In this document: in pieces, positions 26,434 through 35,505 of the stretch | Layout of the letters: each line of letters opens with the position of its first letter | Numbering within the stretch: position 1 is the first letter of the stretch | IMG/VR virus record: IMGVR_UViG_3300042892_000658 | Span: 1 to 62,450 of that record | DNA length: 62,450 bases | Direction: 5' to 3' (one strand) | Source of the DNA: a virus | Taxonomy: Duplodnaviria; Caudoviricetes | The notes under the pieces: generated by a model | Database searches by the model: none | What the model was told of the DNA's origin: nothing | Seen by the model: only the letters and a program-made list of their open reading frames with translations | Position numbers and translations under genes: made by a program

Positions 26434-27176
26434 TAGTCGATGACCATCATTCCATTAGGCGCAATATTACCCATCAATCCCACAATATCAAGTTCAACAA
26501 GTAGATCTTTTGGAATGAACTTGCTCATACTATGTTCATTGTCAATATACTTTTGCTTGTTAAACGTTTCCATCATGTTGCCAATGATTTGTTGGTACAG
26601 TTCTATTGTTGCATCAAGCAAATCTGGACTAAATGACCATAAGCGTGTTTGTAGTAACGTAGTTACTCCGGTATCTTCAGGACTAATCCAAGCAGGTTGT
26701 GCTTTCTTAAACACGTACTTGCCTTTGGTAGTGTCGTTATGGAAGTTTTCAATATTAAACTTATCAGTTACTTGATAACGACCACTTAGTTTAAACACCC
26801 TATCGGCTGATTCTATTTCTGCTTTTAGTTCTGGGGTACCATTGATATAAACAAGTGCTTTGAACAATCCCATAGCTTCCATAGCGTTTTTACCAATGTC
26901 ATAGTTTTGAACATTAGCATGGAAGAATTGAATATCACTGTCTTCACTGTTATCAATGTACCAATCCACAGTGTCTAACAATTCGTTAAATTCTGCGCTG
27001 TCTTCGTTTTGCACATCGATCTTACTGTTATCAACTAGAATAACCACAGCACCAGGAATATATTTCTTAGCACTCTTAGCAGTTTCTAAAGTTTGTTTAA
27101 TACGTTCTACAGGATTGTAGATACCGTAGTTAGTATACAATGCGCTGGTTAGTAATACAACATTTTTACTCATCAT
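26433..27176 (-). CDS. Putative glycosyltransferase-like protein
   Basis: R..QT..T, ILVDNS, FKLSGRY pattern; sugar-operon context. Confidence 0.5.
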   Translation of the reverse strand: MMSKNVVLLTSALYTNYGIYNPVERIKQTLETAKSAKKYIPGAVVILVDNSKIDVQNEDSAEFNELLDTVDWYIDNSEDSDIQFFHANVQNYDIGKNAMEAMGLFKALVYINGTPELKAEIESADRVFKLSGRYQVTDKFNIENFHNDTTKGKYVFKKAQPAWISPEDTGVTTLLQTRLWSFSPDLLDATIELYQQIIGNMMETFNKQKYIDNEHSMSKFIPKDLLVELDIVGLMGNIAPNGMMVID

Positions 27177-27182
27177 TTATCC

Positions 27183-28226
27183 TTATTCGCAACGTAACCA
27201 ACGATCGTTTTTCAGTGTCCATTCAACTACTTCACCGATACGTTCTGTTAAACTAACCTTAGGTTCCCAACCTAAACTGCGCATGTAGTCACCGCTTAGA
27301 GCATAACGTAGGTCATGTCCCGGGCGTGAGCTATGGAAGTCAACCATTTCGTACTTCAATTCTTTTCCTTGCGCATCAGCAATGATCTGAGCTAGTTGTA
27401 AGTTATTAATTTCTTGCTTGCCTACTAAGTTGAACTTAGGACATTTAGCATCACCGTAGTCTGCTTCAAGTTTAGTTGAGTCTAACTCTAACAAGAAGAA
27501 CATAGCATCAGCTACGTCTGCCGCATGGATATAGAAACGACTGCCCGGAATAGTACGTGTTGCATCACTGTGAATAGTAATAGGATCGCCATCGTTTACC
27601 TTACGAATACACATTGGAATAAACTTCTCTGGGTGTTGGCGTTGACCAAACACGTTCATAGTATGTGTAATATAGATAGGCATCTTGTAGGTATTTTCAA
27701 ACGCTACAGCTAATTCTTCGCCACCAGCTTTAGTAGCTGAATATGGATTTGAACTGTTATAGCGATCACGTTCAGCATAGTTAACACCATTAGGTGCCGG
27801 ACCAAATACTTCATCAGTTGAGAAGTAGATAAAGCGTTCTAGGTTAGGTAGTTTACGTGCAAACTCTAAGATGTGCCCTGTGCCAACTACGTTGTCCCAA
27901 ACAAATTCCATTGGGAACTCGATTGAACGATCAACGTGTGATCCTGCGGCCAAGTGTAAGACATAGTTTACATCACCAATGTCACGAGCAACCATTGGAT
28001 TTAATTCTGCACGTAGGTCATGGAATACAACTTTAACACGCTTACGTGTTTCTACGTCGAAGTCTGCCATCATATCACTCAAGCGGTTTAGGTTACCACT
28101 AAAGTCTAAACGATCTAAACTTACAATATTCCAATCGGTATTTCTTAATAGGTTTTCAATAACGTGATGCGCAATGAAGCCTGCGCCACCAGTTACTAGA
28201 ACGGTCTTTGACATTGATTTCTCCAC
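27183..28226 (-). CDS. rmlB: dTDP-glucose 4,6-dehydratase-like
   Basis: TGGAGFI, HLAAGSHVDRSI, STDEVFG, PYSATK, QHPEKFIP, RPGHDLRY. Confidence 0.9.
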   Translation of the reverse strand: MEKSMSKTVLVTGGAGFIAHHVIENLLRNTDWNIVSLDRLDFSGNLNRLSDMMADFDVETRKRVKVVFHDLRAELNPMVARDIGDVNYVLHLAAGSHVDRSIEFPMEFVWDNVVGTGHILEFARKLPNLERFIYFSTDEVFGPAPNGVNYAERDRYNSSNPYSATKAGGEELAVAFENTYKMPIYITHTMNVFGQRQHPEKFIPMCIRKVNDGDPITIHSDATRTIPGSRFYIHAADVADAMFFLLELDSTKLEADYGDAKCPKFNLVGKQEINNLQLAQIIADAQGKELKYEMVDFHSSRPGHDLRYALSGDYMRSLGWEPKVSLTERIGEVVEWTLKNDRWLRCE

Positions 28227-28252
28227 TTTTTGTTGAATTTACTGCTTTAATG

Positions 28253-28260
28253 TATTTATT
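28253..28260 (-). promoter_or_regulatory. Late-promoter-like AATAAATA upstream of the rmlB operon
   Basis: One mismatch to the T4 TATAAATA box, at the operon head. Confidence 0.45.
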
Positions 28261-28282
28261 TTAGCACGATTCGGTGGCAAAA

Positions 28283-28438
28283 TTATGCTGTTTGTGCTAC
28301 CTTAGCATCTACATATTCTTTAATGAACTTAATAGCTTTGCGGCTAGTGTCAAATACATATTCACTTGCTTCATCTTCTGTGTTTAGAATAACGATAAAA
28401 CCGTTAGTTACTTTACGAATTTCAATTGAATCAAACAT
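28283..28438 (-). CDS. Hypothetical protein (51 aa)
   Basis: MFDSIEIRKVTNGFIVILNTEDEASEYVFDTSRKAIKFIKEYVDAKVAQTA; AAGGA SD; promoter TTGACT-17-TACTAT at 28486-28514. Confidence 0.7.
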   Translation of the reverse strand: MFDSIEIRKVTNGFIVILNTEDEASEYVFDTSRKAIKFIKEYVDAKVAQTA

Positions 28439-28515
28439 TGTTTGTGTTTCCTTATATAAGTTGTAGTACGAGTGTTAACTCTACAATAGTAACACAAAAA
28501 GACTTAATAGTCAAG

Positions 28516-28542
28516 AAAAAAGGCACCAAAAGATGCCTTTTT
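28516..28542 (-). terminator. Intrinsic terminator ending the pho operon
   Basis: AGGCA/TGCCT stem flanked by A and T tracts. Confidence 0.65.
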
Positions 28543-28557
28543 GGATAGATATACCTG

Positions 28558-28731
28558 TTATTTTTTTAAACATTGTACTTGGACTTTAAATGTATCAAAT
28601 TTTAACCAATAGGTCAATGATTGTTTAGCATCTTCGCATTGCGTTTCGTTGGCAAATTCAAGTGTAACCTTGCCCGGTATATCTTTTGGGTCAGTCATGT
28701 TTACTACTAGTATTAGTAGTATCCAATTCAT
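28558..28731 (-). CDS. Small hypothetical protein
   Basis: MNWILLILVVN...C..AK..L...C; ATGA overlap with the upstream stop. Confidence 0.6.
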   Translation of the reverse strand: MNWILLILVVNMTDPKDIPGKVTLEFANETQCEDAKQSLTYWLKFDTFKVQVQCLKK

Positions 28732-29495
28732 TGGATTATGTGGGCCCAGTAGACAATTGCCCAACGCCCGTCATCATATTCAACTAAGGCACTACAGCTT
28801 TCAACCCAGTCACCATCATTCATATAAATCATACCGTTGGGCATGCGTTTAATTTCCGGAGTGTGTATGTGGCCGCAGATTACACCATCGTAACCTCGTT
28901 TAGCCGCATAGTCGGTTAGATTAGTTTCAAATTTAAATACAAAGTCTATAGCTTTCTTTACTTTATGTTTGAGATACTTGCTTAGGCTCCAATAGCCAAA
29001 TCCCATCTTATGTCTGGCATAGTTGAAGTAGTTGTTAAACCATAGAGCAAAGTCATAGGCTTTGTCACCTAAGAAACCAATCCATGGTGCTAGTCTAGTA
29101 ATTCCATCAAACATGTCGCCATGAGTAACTAAGAACAGTTCGCCATCTACACTGCGATATTCTGCTTGATTCACAATACGTATACGGCCTAGACTAAAAT
29201 GATGTTGTACCAGAGGACGGAGGAATTCGTCATGGTTTCCAGTCACATAGGTTACATTACATCCTCGTTTACTGTAGCCTAGTATTCGTCGAATAACATT
29301 AGTGTGCGATTGTTTCCATGCCCACTTGTTCTGTTGTATTTTCCACCCGTCGATAATATCTCCTATTAGGAATAGATTATCACAGGTATGATGTTTGAGA
29401 AAATTATTCAGCAATTCAGCCTTAGCATCTTTAGTCCCAAGATGAAAGTCCGATATACAGATGGTTTTGTATCTAATTAAGGGAATAGTGACCAT
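28728..29495 (-). CDS. PlcP-like (LpxH-family) metallophosphoesterase, probable phospholipase C
   Basis: ISDFHLG, GDIIDGW, GNHDE, HGDMFD, GDKAY, YWSLSKYLKHKVKKA, GVICGHIH, NDGDWVES. Confidence 0.8.
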   Translation of the reverse strand: MVTIPLIRYKTICISDFHLGTKDAKAELLNNFLKHHTCDNLFLIGDIIDGWKIQQNKWAWKQSHTNVIRRILGYSKRGCNVTYVTGNHDEFLRPLVQHHFSLGRIRIVNQAEYRSVDGELFLVTHGDMFDGITRLAPWIGFLGDKAYDFALWFNNYFNYARHKMGFGYWSLSKYLKHKVKKAIDFVFKFETNLTDYAAKRGYDGVICGHIHTPEIKRMPNGMIYMNDGDWVESCSALVEYDDGRWAIVYWAHIIQ

Positions 29496-29577
29496 ACACC
29501 AATGGCCGCCAATACCAGTAACACACTACTAATATCTGTTATTGCTTCTATAAAAATCTCAAACATAGTTTTTCCTA

Positions 29578-30987
29578 TTAGAAGTTGTACTGCAATTGCA
29601 CACGCAATGCATCTGCTTTAAAGTTAGCATAGTCTTGTTTTGCTATTGTAGTAGCAGTTGCTCCTGTTACTAAATTGCTACGGTTCATATGATGATAGTA
29701 AGCTACTAATTCAACTTCCGGAGCAATTTGCCATTCAGCACCTGCCTCCCAGTCGTTAACCTTATTCATTGGTGAGTTAGTTTCTGCTTTCGACGCACCA
29801 TCAAAGTATTGCCATCTAACAAATGGAATTAAAGTACCATTAGTATCTAACACTTTGAAATTGTCAATCTTATACATAGTTTGAATGTAGCCACCGTTTA
29901 AGTTGGTTTCTTTAATAATGCCGTCAGTGCTAGCAGCGGTATCTAAGCCAGGAGTTTTACCCCAGTTCCACTCACCTTGTAGACCAATTGGCTGTGGGTA
30001 CATCATAAAACTTACACCTACACGCTCATCTTTAAATCCAGTTGTGTTGCCTGCTTCTAATGTTGGTGTTTTAGTTGCGTAAACGTTGTTGCCCATATTT
30101 TTTCTATAAGCACTGCCTGTTCTTACATACTTGCCTGAGTACCCTTGTACGCCAGCTTCGTAGATTTGACCGCTTTCAGTTTTCCATGGGTAAGTAGCAC
30201 GTGCTACCACATGGTAGTTGTCGTTACGATCTTGTTGGTTAGCACCTTGACCGTTATATATACCTACACCAAACATACCGTAGTTACCCGAATGTTTTAA
30301 ACCGCCGTCTTGAATTTCTTTAAATAGCTTTTGGATATTGTCCGGTGTGTAGTAATAAAACGCACCCAAATCACGCTCGTCACGTACTGCACTATTAAAT
30401 GCGTCAGCGCGATCAAGTGCTAGACGATTTTGTGAAGACTGTAAGTTTTCAAAGCCATACGGTACTTTACTTTGCCCAACACGAACGCGGTGCACTTTGT
30501 CTTTAGTCAAGTTAACATCGCCATAAGCATCGCGTAATTGCGCAACGTTACCTGTAGTACCTGCTGTACTAGCAAAGTCAGGTTGTATGTAATAATCTAA
30601 ACGGTCACCTGCTGAACCAGAAATGATCACACGTGCTCGACGAATAAGAAAGTTTTTGTCTTGATCAGCAAGAGAGTTTTTATCACCTACAGATCGATCT
30701 GACCAAAGGTTAACTCCTTTATCATCACTGAGCATAGTAGTATTACGCATTTGTAAATAACCACGAATGTTCATTTTACTTGCCGCATGTACAGTAGTAT
30801 CTTTTTCTTTTTTAGCAGCGCCTGTTTCTCCACTGTGTCCTTTGTTTAATAATGCGCCTTCTTCTTCTGTAAGTACACCTTTCATAACTAGTGCGTTAAC
30901 AATGTCAGTGGTGCTGTCTGCGTATGCCGGTGCAGCAATTAATGTTAGTGCTACAAATAACCCTGTGAAAATATTTTTTAATGTCAT
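29578..30987 (-). CDS. Phosphate-selective porin OprO/OprP family
   Basis: Signal peptide, F.IRRAR, LRDAYG, GQSKVPYGFENLQSS, RDLG, C-terminal QYNF; directly after pstS. Confidence 0.85.
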   Translation of the reverse strand: MTLKNIFTGLFVALTLIAAPAYADSTTDIVNALVMKGVLTEEEGALLNKGHSGETGAAKKEKDTTVHAASKMNIRGYLQMRNTTMLSDDKGVNLWSDRSVGDKNSLADQDKNFLIRRARVIISGSAGDRLDYYIQPDFASTAGTTGNVAQLRDAYGDVNLTKDKVHRVRVGQSKVPYGFENLQSSQNRLALDRADAFNSAVRDERDLGAFYYYTPDNIQKLFKEIQDGGLKHSGNYGMFGVGIYNGQGANQQDRNDNYHVVARATYPWKTESGQIYEAGVQGYSGKYVRTGSAYRKNMGNNVYATKTPTLEAGNTTGFKDERVGVSFMMYPQPIGLQGEWNWGKTPGLDTAASTDGIIKETNLNGGYIQTMYKIDNFKVLDTNGTLIPFVRWQYFDGASKAETNSPMNKVNDWEAGAEWQIAPEVELVAYYHHMNRSNLVTGATATTIAKQDYANFKADALRVQLQYNF

Positions 30988-30996
30988 AATGTTTCC

Positions 30997-31998
30997 TTAT
31001 TTGATTCGTTTAATTAAGTCTTTAATTTTAATGCCTACTTCTGGAGTACCGTTAAATCCTGTACCTGGTTTTAGTGCTTTGAAATGTTCTGTTACTGCCG
31101 CATAGTCATCATTTGGTAGCGGAACATACTGTACTTCTTTTACTAACTTGGGCGCATTTTCTAAATAGAAATTTACAAATGCTTTTACTTCTGGTCTGAA
31201 CGCAGCCGCTGTTGCGTTTACATAGATAAACAATGGACGACTTAATGGTTGATATGTACCGTTCATAACTGCTTCCGGACTTGGTATTACCGGTGTTGCT
31301 GTTCCTTTAGCGATAATAGGAATAGCACGCAATTTGTCTTGGTTAGATTCGTAATAAGCATAACCAAAGTAACCCAAACTACCCGGATTGCCTGCTACCC
31401 CTGTTACTAGAACATTGTCATCTTCACTTGGGGTATAGTCACTGCGACTTGATTTAGCTTTACCGTTGACCGCTTCAGTGAAGTAGTCGAATGTACCAGA
31501 AGCCGTACCTGGGCCGTATAAAGCTAAGGCTTTGTCTGGGTAAGCTGAATTAACTTGTTTCCAGTTTTTAACTGAGCTGCCCGGTGCCCAAATTTTGTTT
31601 AGTTCTGCTACTGTTAAACTTTTCACCCAGTCATTTTTACTGTTTACTACTACAGTAAGCGCATCGTAGGCAATTGGTAATTCAATGTACTGTACACCTG
31701 CTTCTTTACAAGCATCCATTTCTTTTTGTGAAATAGGACGGCTAGCATCACTGATGTCAGTTTCGCCACGGCAGAATTTTTTGAAACCGCCACCTGTGCC
31801 ACTTTCACCTACAGTTACTTTGACACCTGTTTTCTTTTGGAATTCTTCTGCTACTGCTTCTGATATTGGATAGACAGTTGAACTGCCATCTATTTTGATC
31901 ATTTTGTCTGCGGCTTGAACTTGTTTTAATCCGGCCATTGTTACAGCAAATGCTATTACTACATAATACATTATTGATTTAACCTGTTGTATGGTCAT
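30997..31998 (-). CDS. pstS: Phosphate ABC transporter substrate-binding protein
   Basis: IDGSSTVYP, SGTGGG, DASR, SGTFDYF, GYFGYAY, YQPLSRPLFIYV. Confidence 0.95.
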   Translation of the reverse strand: MTIQQVKSIMYYVVIAFAVTMAGLKQVQAADKMIKIDGSSTVYPISEAVAEEFQKKTGVKVTVGESGTGGGFKKFCRGETDISDASRPISQKEMDACKEAGVQYIELPIAYDALTVVVNSKNDWVKSLTVAELNKIWAPGSSVKNWKQVNSAYPDKALALYGPGTASGTFDYFTEAVNGKAKSSRSDYTPSEDDNVLVTGVAGNPGSLGYFGYAYYESNQDKLRAIPIIAKGTATPVIPSPEAVMNGTYQPLSRPLFIYVNATAAAFRPEVKAFVNFYLENAPKLVKEVQYVPLPNDDYAAVTEHFKALKPGTGFNGTPEVGIKIKDLIKRIK

Positions 31999-32036
31999 TA
32001 ATATTCCCCTTATATGTATTATTTAAACACACAAAG

Positions 32037-32065
32037 ATTACAGTAATGTTACAAATAGATTAAAT
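32037..32065 (-). promoter_or_regulatory. Pho box (PhoB-binding tandem repeat)
   Basis: ATTTAAT-CTAT-TTGTAAC-ATTA-CTGTAAT: 7-mers at 11-bp period resembling CTGTCAT, ~40 nt upstream of pstS. Confidence 0.65.
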
Positions 32066-32082
32066 TTTTAATACACTTAATC

Positions 32083-32112
32083 AAAAAAAAGCCCGCCGAA
32101 GCGAGCTTTTTT
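32083..32112 (-). terminator. Intrinsic terminator after the porin gene
   Basis: GCTCGC-TTCG-GCGGGC followed by T8. Confidence 0.9.
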
Positions 32113-32136
32113 AATTATTAAACTAAGAAGTTAATC

Positions 32137-33345
32137 TTAGAAGAATAAGATAGCACCTGCTGATACCGAACGTGATTTACCTTCTGCACCGTTTTGTGCT
32201 TCTGATTTAACGTCTGAGTATTCAGCTACTAAGTTTACGTGTTTTGTAAGTGGGTGATAAGCACCAACAGTCCACATTTCGTTTTTCGAAACTAAAGCTG
32301 TAGCTGTTTCGCTACTGTTACGATCTAATTTACTTTGACCATAACTTACACCAAGTTTAGTTGCTGTAGGCAATGTGTATGTACCTTGCACGTAACCGCC
32401 GTTTGAATCACGACGTTTACCTGTAGCATCAAAGCCGTCTAGCAATTGAATTGTACGACCAATACCTTTACCATCATAGTAGTAAGCAGTCAAGCCATAC
32501 GGACCAGCAGCTAAGTTTGTACCAACGTCCCAAGCATAAGCGCGATCATCTGCACTAGCACCAGTTACGCCTTCAACTTTTTGTGTGATAGCTGATGACC
32601 AAACTTTGGCAGCGATAGGGCCTTCTAATGAGTATGATACTTTACCTTCAAATGCTGGCTGAGCACCGCCACGTCCTGTTGAAGTGGCTGAAGCGTTAGT
32701 TACTGCGCTAGTAGCATTTAAGTCAGCTGATTGAGCATTCCATGCTTGCGTTACGCCAGCTGTGAAGCTAAAGCCATTGAAGTTTGGTGACGTGTAAGCA
32801 ATTTGTGATTTCCAGTCAGCGTACATATAGCCTGTACCAATACGACCTAGTGTAGTTGTATTACCTGCTAAGGCACCAGCACCTGCACCAACGCCTAATA
32901 ATGTCATGTCGTTTAAGATAGCATCGCTAGCAAAAATACCTAAGTCTTTACCTAGTTTTACACTGCCCCATGATTTGTCACCGATGGTTAAGAATGCTTG
33001 ACGATTTTCTTGATTAGCGCCTTGATCGCCGCCCTGTGTTGTAGAAGCACCAGGATTGATAGCGATCGTAAAACCAATGTCTAGATCATTTTGACGTGAT
33101 TTACCGGAAATTGATAATACGTTTGGTAATAAACCAGTTGTAATATTTGATTCGTTACGTTGACCATTGGCATTAGGACCGCCAAGGCCACCAACCACTG
33201 CACTGCCTGTGCCACGTGTGTTTGTGTAGTAAGCGTTAACTACGCCACCGATGTCTAGAGTCCAATCACCTGCTGGAATTACGATGCCAGCGTGGGCAGT
33301 TGAATACATACTTGCTAATAATGTTGCTAATAATAATTTCTTCAT
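32137..33345 (-). CDS. Gram-negative general porin
   Basis: Signal peptide (AHA), WGSVKLGK, YTSPNFNGFSF, amphipathic strands, C-terminal Phe. Confidence 0.88.
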   Translation of the reverse strand: MKKLLLATLLASMYSTAHAGIVIPAGDWTLDIGGVVNAYYTNTRGTGSAVVGGLGGPNANGQRNESNITTGLLPNVLSISGKSRQNDLDIGFTIAINPGASTTQGGDQGANQENRQAFLTIGDKSWGSVKLGKDLGIFASDAILNDMTLLGVGAGAGALAGNTTTLGRIGTGYMYADWKSQIAYTSPNFNGFSFTAGVTQAWNAQSADLNATSAVTNASATSTGRGGAQPAFEGKVSYSLEGPIAAKVWSSAITQKVEGVTGASADDRAYAWDVGTNLAAGPYGLTAYYYDGKGIGRTIQLLDGFDATGKRRDSNGGYVQGTYTLPTATKLGVSYGQSKLDRNSSETATALVSKNEMWTVGAYHPLTKHVNLVAEYSDVKSEAQNGAEGKSRSVSAGAILFF

Positions 33346-33397
33346 TACTTTACTTCTCCTTAAATTGGATTAACACAGTTGTAGTGTTATACTACTC

Positions 33398-33426
33398 AGT
33401 GTAATTTATTTATAACAAGAAGTCAA
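33398..33426 (-). promoter_or_regulatory. Nested sigma70 + late promoter
   Basis: TTGACT-17-TACACT with a perfect TATAAATA (33407-33414) in the spacer. Confidence 0.7.
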
Positions 33427-33498
33427 GAAAATGTTGCCTTTTGACAACATTTTTGGTAAAATTGATAAGAAAGTGTGGCAGAAATGCCACACATTTGC

Positions 33499-34785
33499 TT
33501 AGTAACGATAAGTATCTGACTTATATGGGCCTTCAACTCTAACACCAATATACTTGGCTTGATCAGCTGACAACTCTGTTAGTTGCGCACCAATCTGTGC
33601 CAGGTGTAACTTGGCTACTTTTTCATCTAGATGTTTTGGCAACAAATGAATACTACCTGTATTGTAATCTTCCCAATTTTGGAACATTTCAATTTGTGCT
33701 AACACTTGATTAGTAAAACTGTTTGACATAACAAAACTAGGATGTCCTGTGCCGCACCCTAAGTTTACTAGACGACCTTTGGCTAAAATAATAAGTTTAT
33801 TACCGCTAGGCATGGTAACGTGATCAACTTGTGGTTTAATTTCATCCCACTCGTAGTTAGCTAAACTAGCAATGTCAATCTCACTGTCGAAATGTCCAAT
33901 ATTACACACAATAGCATTGTGCTTCATCGTATTCATATGGTCATGTGTGATAACATTGATATTACCTGTAGCTGTTACAAAAATGTCTGCTTTATCTGCG
34001 GCATAGTCCATAGTAACCACACGATAGCCTTCCATGGCCGCTTGTAAGGCACAAATTGGATCTACTTCAGTTACCCAGACCTGCGCACTTAGAGCACGCA
34101 ATGCGGCGGCACTACCTTTACCCACATCACCAAAACCTGCTACTACTGTTACTTTACCAGCAATCATCACGTCAGTGGCACGTTTGATTCCGTCCACTAA
34201 ACTTTCACGGCAACCATATAGATTATCAAACTTAGTTTTAGTTACGCTATCGTTTACATTAATAGCACGTAAGTGGAATTCTCCATTGGCGATCGCTTCA
34301 TTGATTTTATGAATGCCAGTGGTTGTTTCTTCAGTAACACCACGGATTTCATTTATCAAATCTGGACGGTTATGGTGCACCCAATATGTTAGATCATGCC
34401 CGTCATCTAGCAGCATGTTGGGACGCCAATTATCAGGGCCACTAAGTGTTTTCTCAATACACCACCAGTATTCTTCTTCTGTTTCGCCCTTCCACGCAAA
34501 CACAGGAATGCCCAAGTCTGCTAACGCGGCCGCGGCGTGGTCTTGTGTACTAAAAATGTTACAGCTAGACCAGCGCACTTCTGCGCCCAAGGCAACTAGT
34601 GTCTGCACTAATACCGCAGTTTGAATAGTCATATGTAGACTACCTGCAATACGAGCGCCTTTGAGTGGTTGTGTTAGTTTGTACTCTTCTCTGACTGCAA
34701 TTAATCCGGGCATTTCCGTTTCTGCAATGGCTATTTCTTTGTGCCCCCAGGCTGCTAGACTGATATCTTTTACTTTGAAATCCAT
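33499..34785 (-). CDS. ahcY: S-adenosylhomocysteine hydrolase
   Basis: [61 protein letters not shown]. Confidence 0.97.
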   Translation of the reverse strand: MDFKVKDISLAAWGHKEIAIAETEMPGLIAVREEYKLTQPLKGARIAGSLHMTIQTAVLVQTLVALGAEVRWSSCNIFSTQDHAAAALADLGIPVFAWKGETEEEYWWCIEKTLSGPDNWRPNMLLDDGHDLTYWVHHNRPDLINEIRGVTEETTTGIHKINEAIANGEFHLRAINVNDSVTKTKFDNLYGCRESLVDGIKRATDVMIAGKVTVVAGFGDVGKGSAAALRALSAQVWVTEVDPICALQAAMEGYRVVTMDYAADKADIFVTATGNINVITHDHMNTMKHNAIVCNIGHFDSEIDIASLANYEWDEIKPQVDHVTMPSGNKLIILAKGRLVNLGCGTGHPSFVMSNSFTNQVLAQIEMFQNWEDYNTGSIHLLPKHLDEKVAKLHLAQIGAQLTELSADQAKYIGVRVEGPYKSDTYRY

Positions 34786-34818
34786 GTTTTATCCTATAAT
34801 TAATATAATATATACTTA

Positions 34819-35505
34819 TTAAACTACCTGTTCTAGTAAATGTTTTTCTAAATTATCTATTAGATAGTTTGAATTTTTTTCTTTTTTTGCATTTAATACT
34901 GTATGGGCACCGACTGACCAGGTGAAATATGGGTTCATAAATTCGTACCCAACTAACCCAAATTGCACTTTCATATGTCGGGTTAAATTCTCTTCGTTAT
35001 CAAAGTAACTTTCCATAAATTCTCGACTACCGCCCGTGGTCATTGACATCATTACCCGACGGCCTGTTAAAAATTTATTATGCTCTTGCTTGCCGCCTTT
35101 GGTTTCTACGTTGTTTAATGTAAATAATGCATCGTACGCAAATACATTTTCAATGTATGCTTTAAGCAACGATGGGTACGTCCACCACCACAAGGGGCAC
35201 TGTATATAAAGTAAGTCTGCCTCTTTTAATTTTTCTATTTCTTGCAGTGCAAACTTAGGCAATAATCCGGCTTTATTTGCTAGTAACCATTTGTCAGTAA
35301 AACTGCGTATCTTGCTAGTAATACCCGGTAAACAAAAGTCACGTTTAAAATTATTCTCCAATCCTCTTGGATCAAAATTTGACCTATACAAGTCTAGTAT
35401 ATTAACTTCGTGCCCGTTGGATTTAAAACAGCCAACTGCACGTTCAAATAGTGCATGATTTAGGCTTGTTTTTGCTGGGTGCACCAGCATGGCATAAATT
35501 TTCAT
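34819..35505 (-). CDS. Flavodoxin-fold NAD(P)H oxidoreductase (Flavodoxin_2, MdaB/KefF/NQO-like)
   Basis: HP..TSLN, DLY..NFDP, PLWWWTYPSLLKAYIE, TTGG. Confidence 0.85.
   Translation of the reverse strand: MKIYAMLVHPAKTSLNHALFERAVGCFKSNGHEVNILDLYRSNFDPRGLENNFKRDFCLPGITSKIRSFTDKWLLANKAGLLPKFALQEIEKLKEADLLYIQCPLWWWTYPSLLKAYIENVFAYDALFTLNNVETKGGKQEHNKFLTGRRVMMSMTTGGSREFMESYFDNEENLTRHMKVQFGLVGYEFMNPYFTWSVGAHTVLNAKKEKNSNYLIDNLEKHLLEQVV

Noticed and set aside
27183-34785. Host chromosomal fragment or prophage boundary
   Set aside because: The bacterial-like genes are co-oriented with phage genes, interleaved with small phage-type ORFs, carry T4-type late boxes and lie between core phage modules; pstCAB and other operon partners are absent.
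34786-34830. SAH riboswitch upstream of ahcY
   Set aside because: The gap is 33 nt and almost all AT, with no room or motif.
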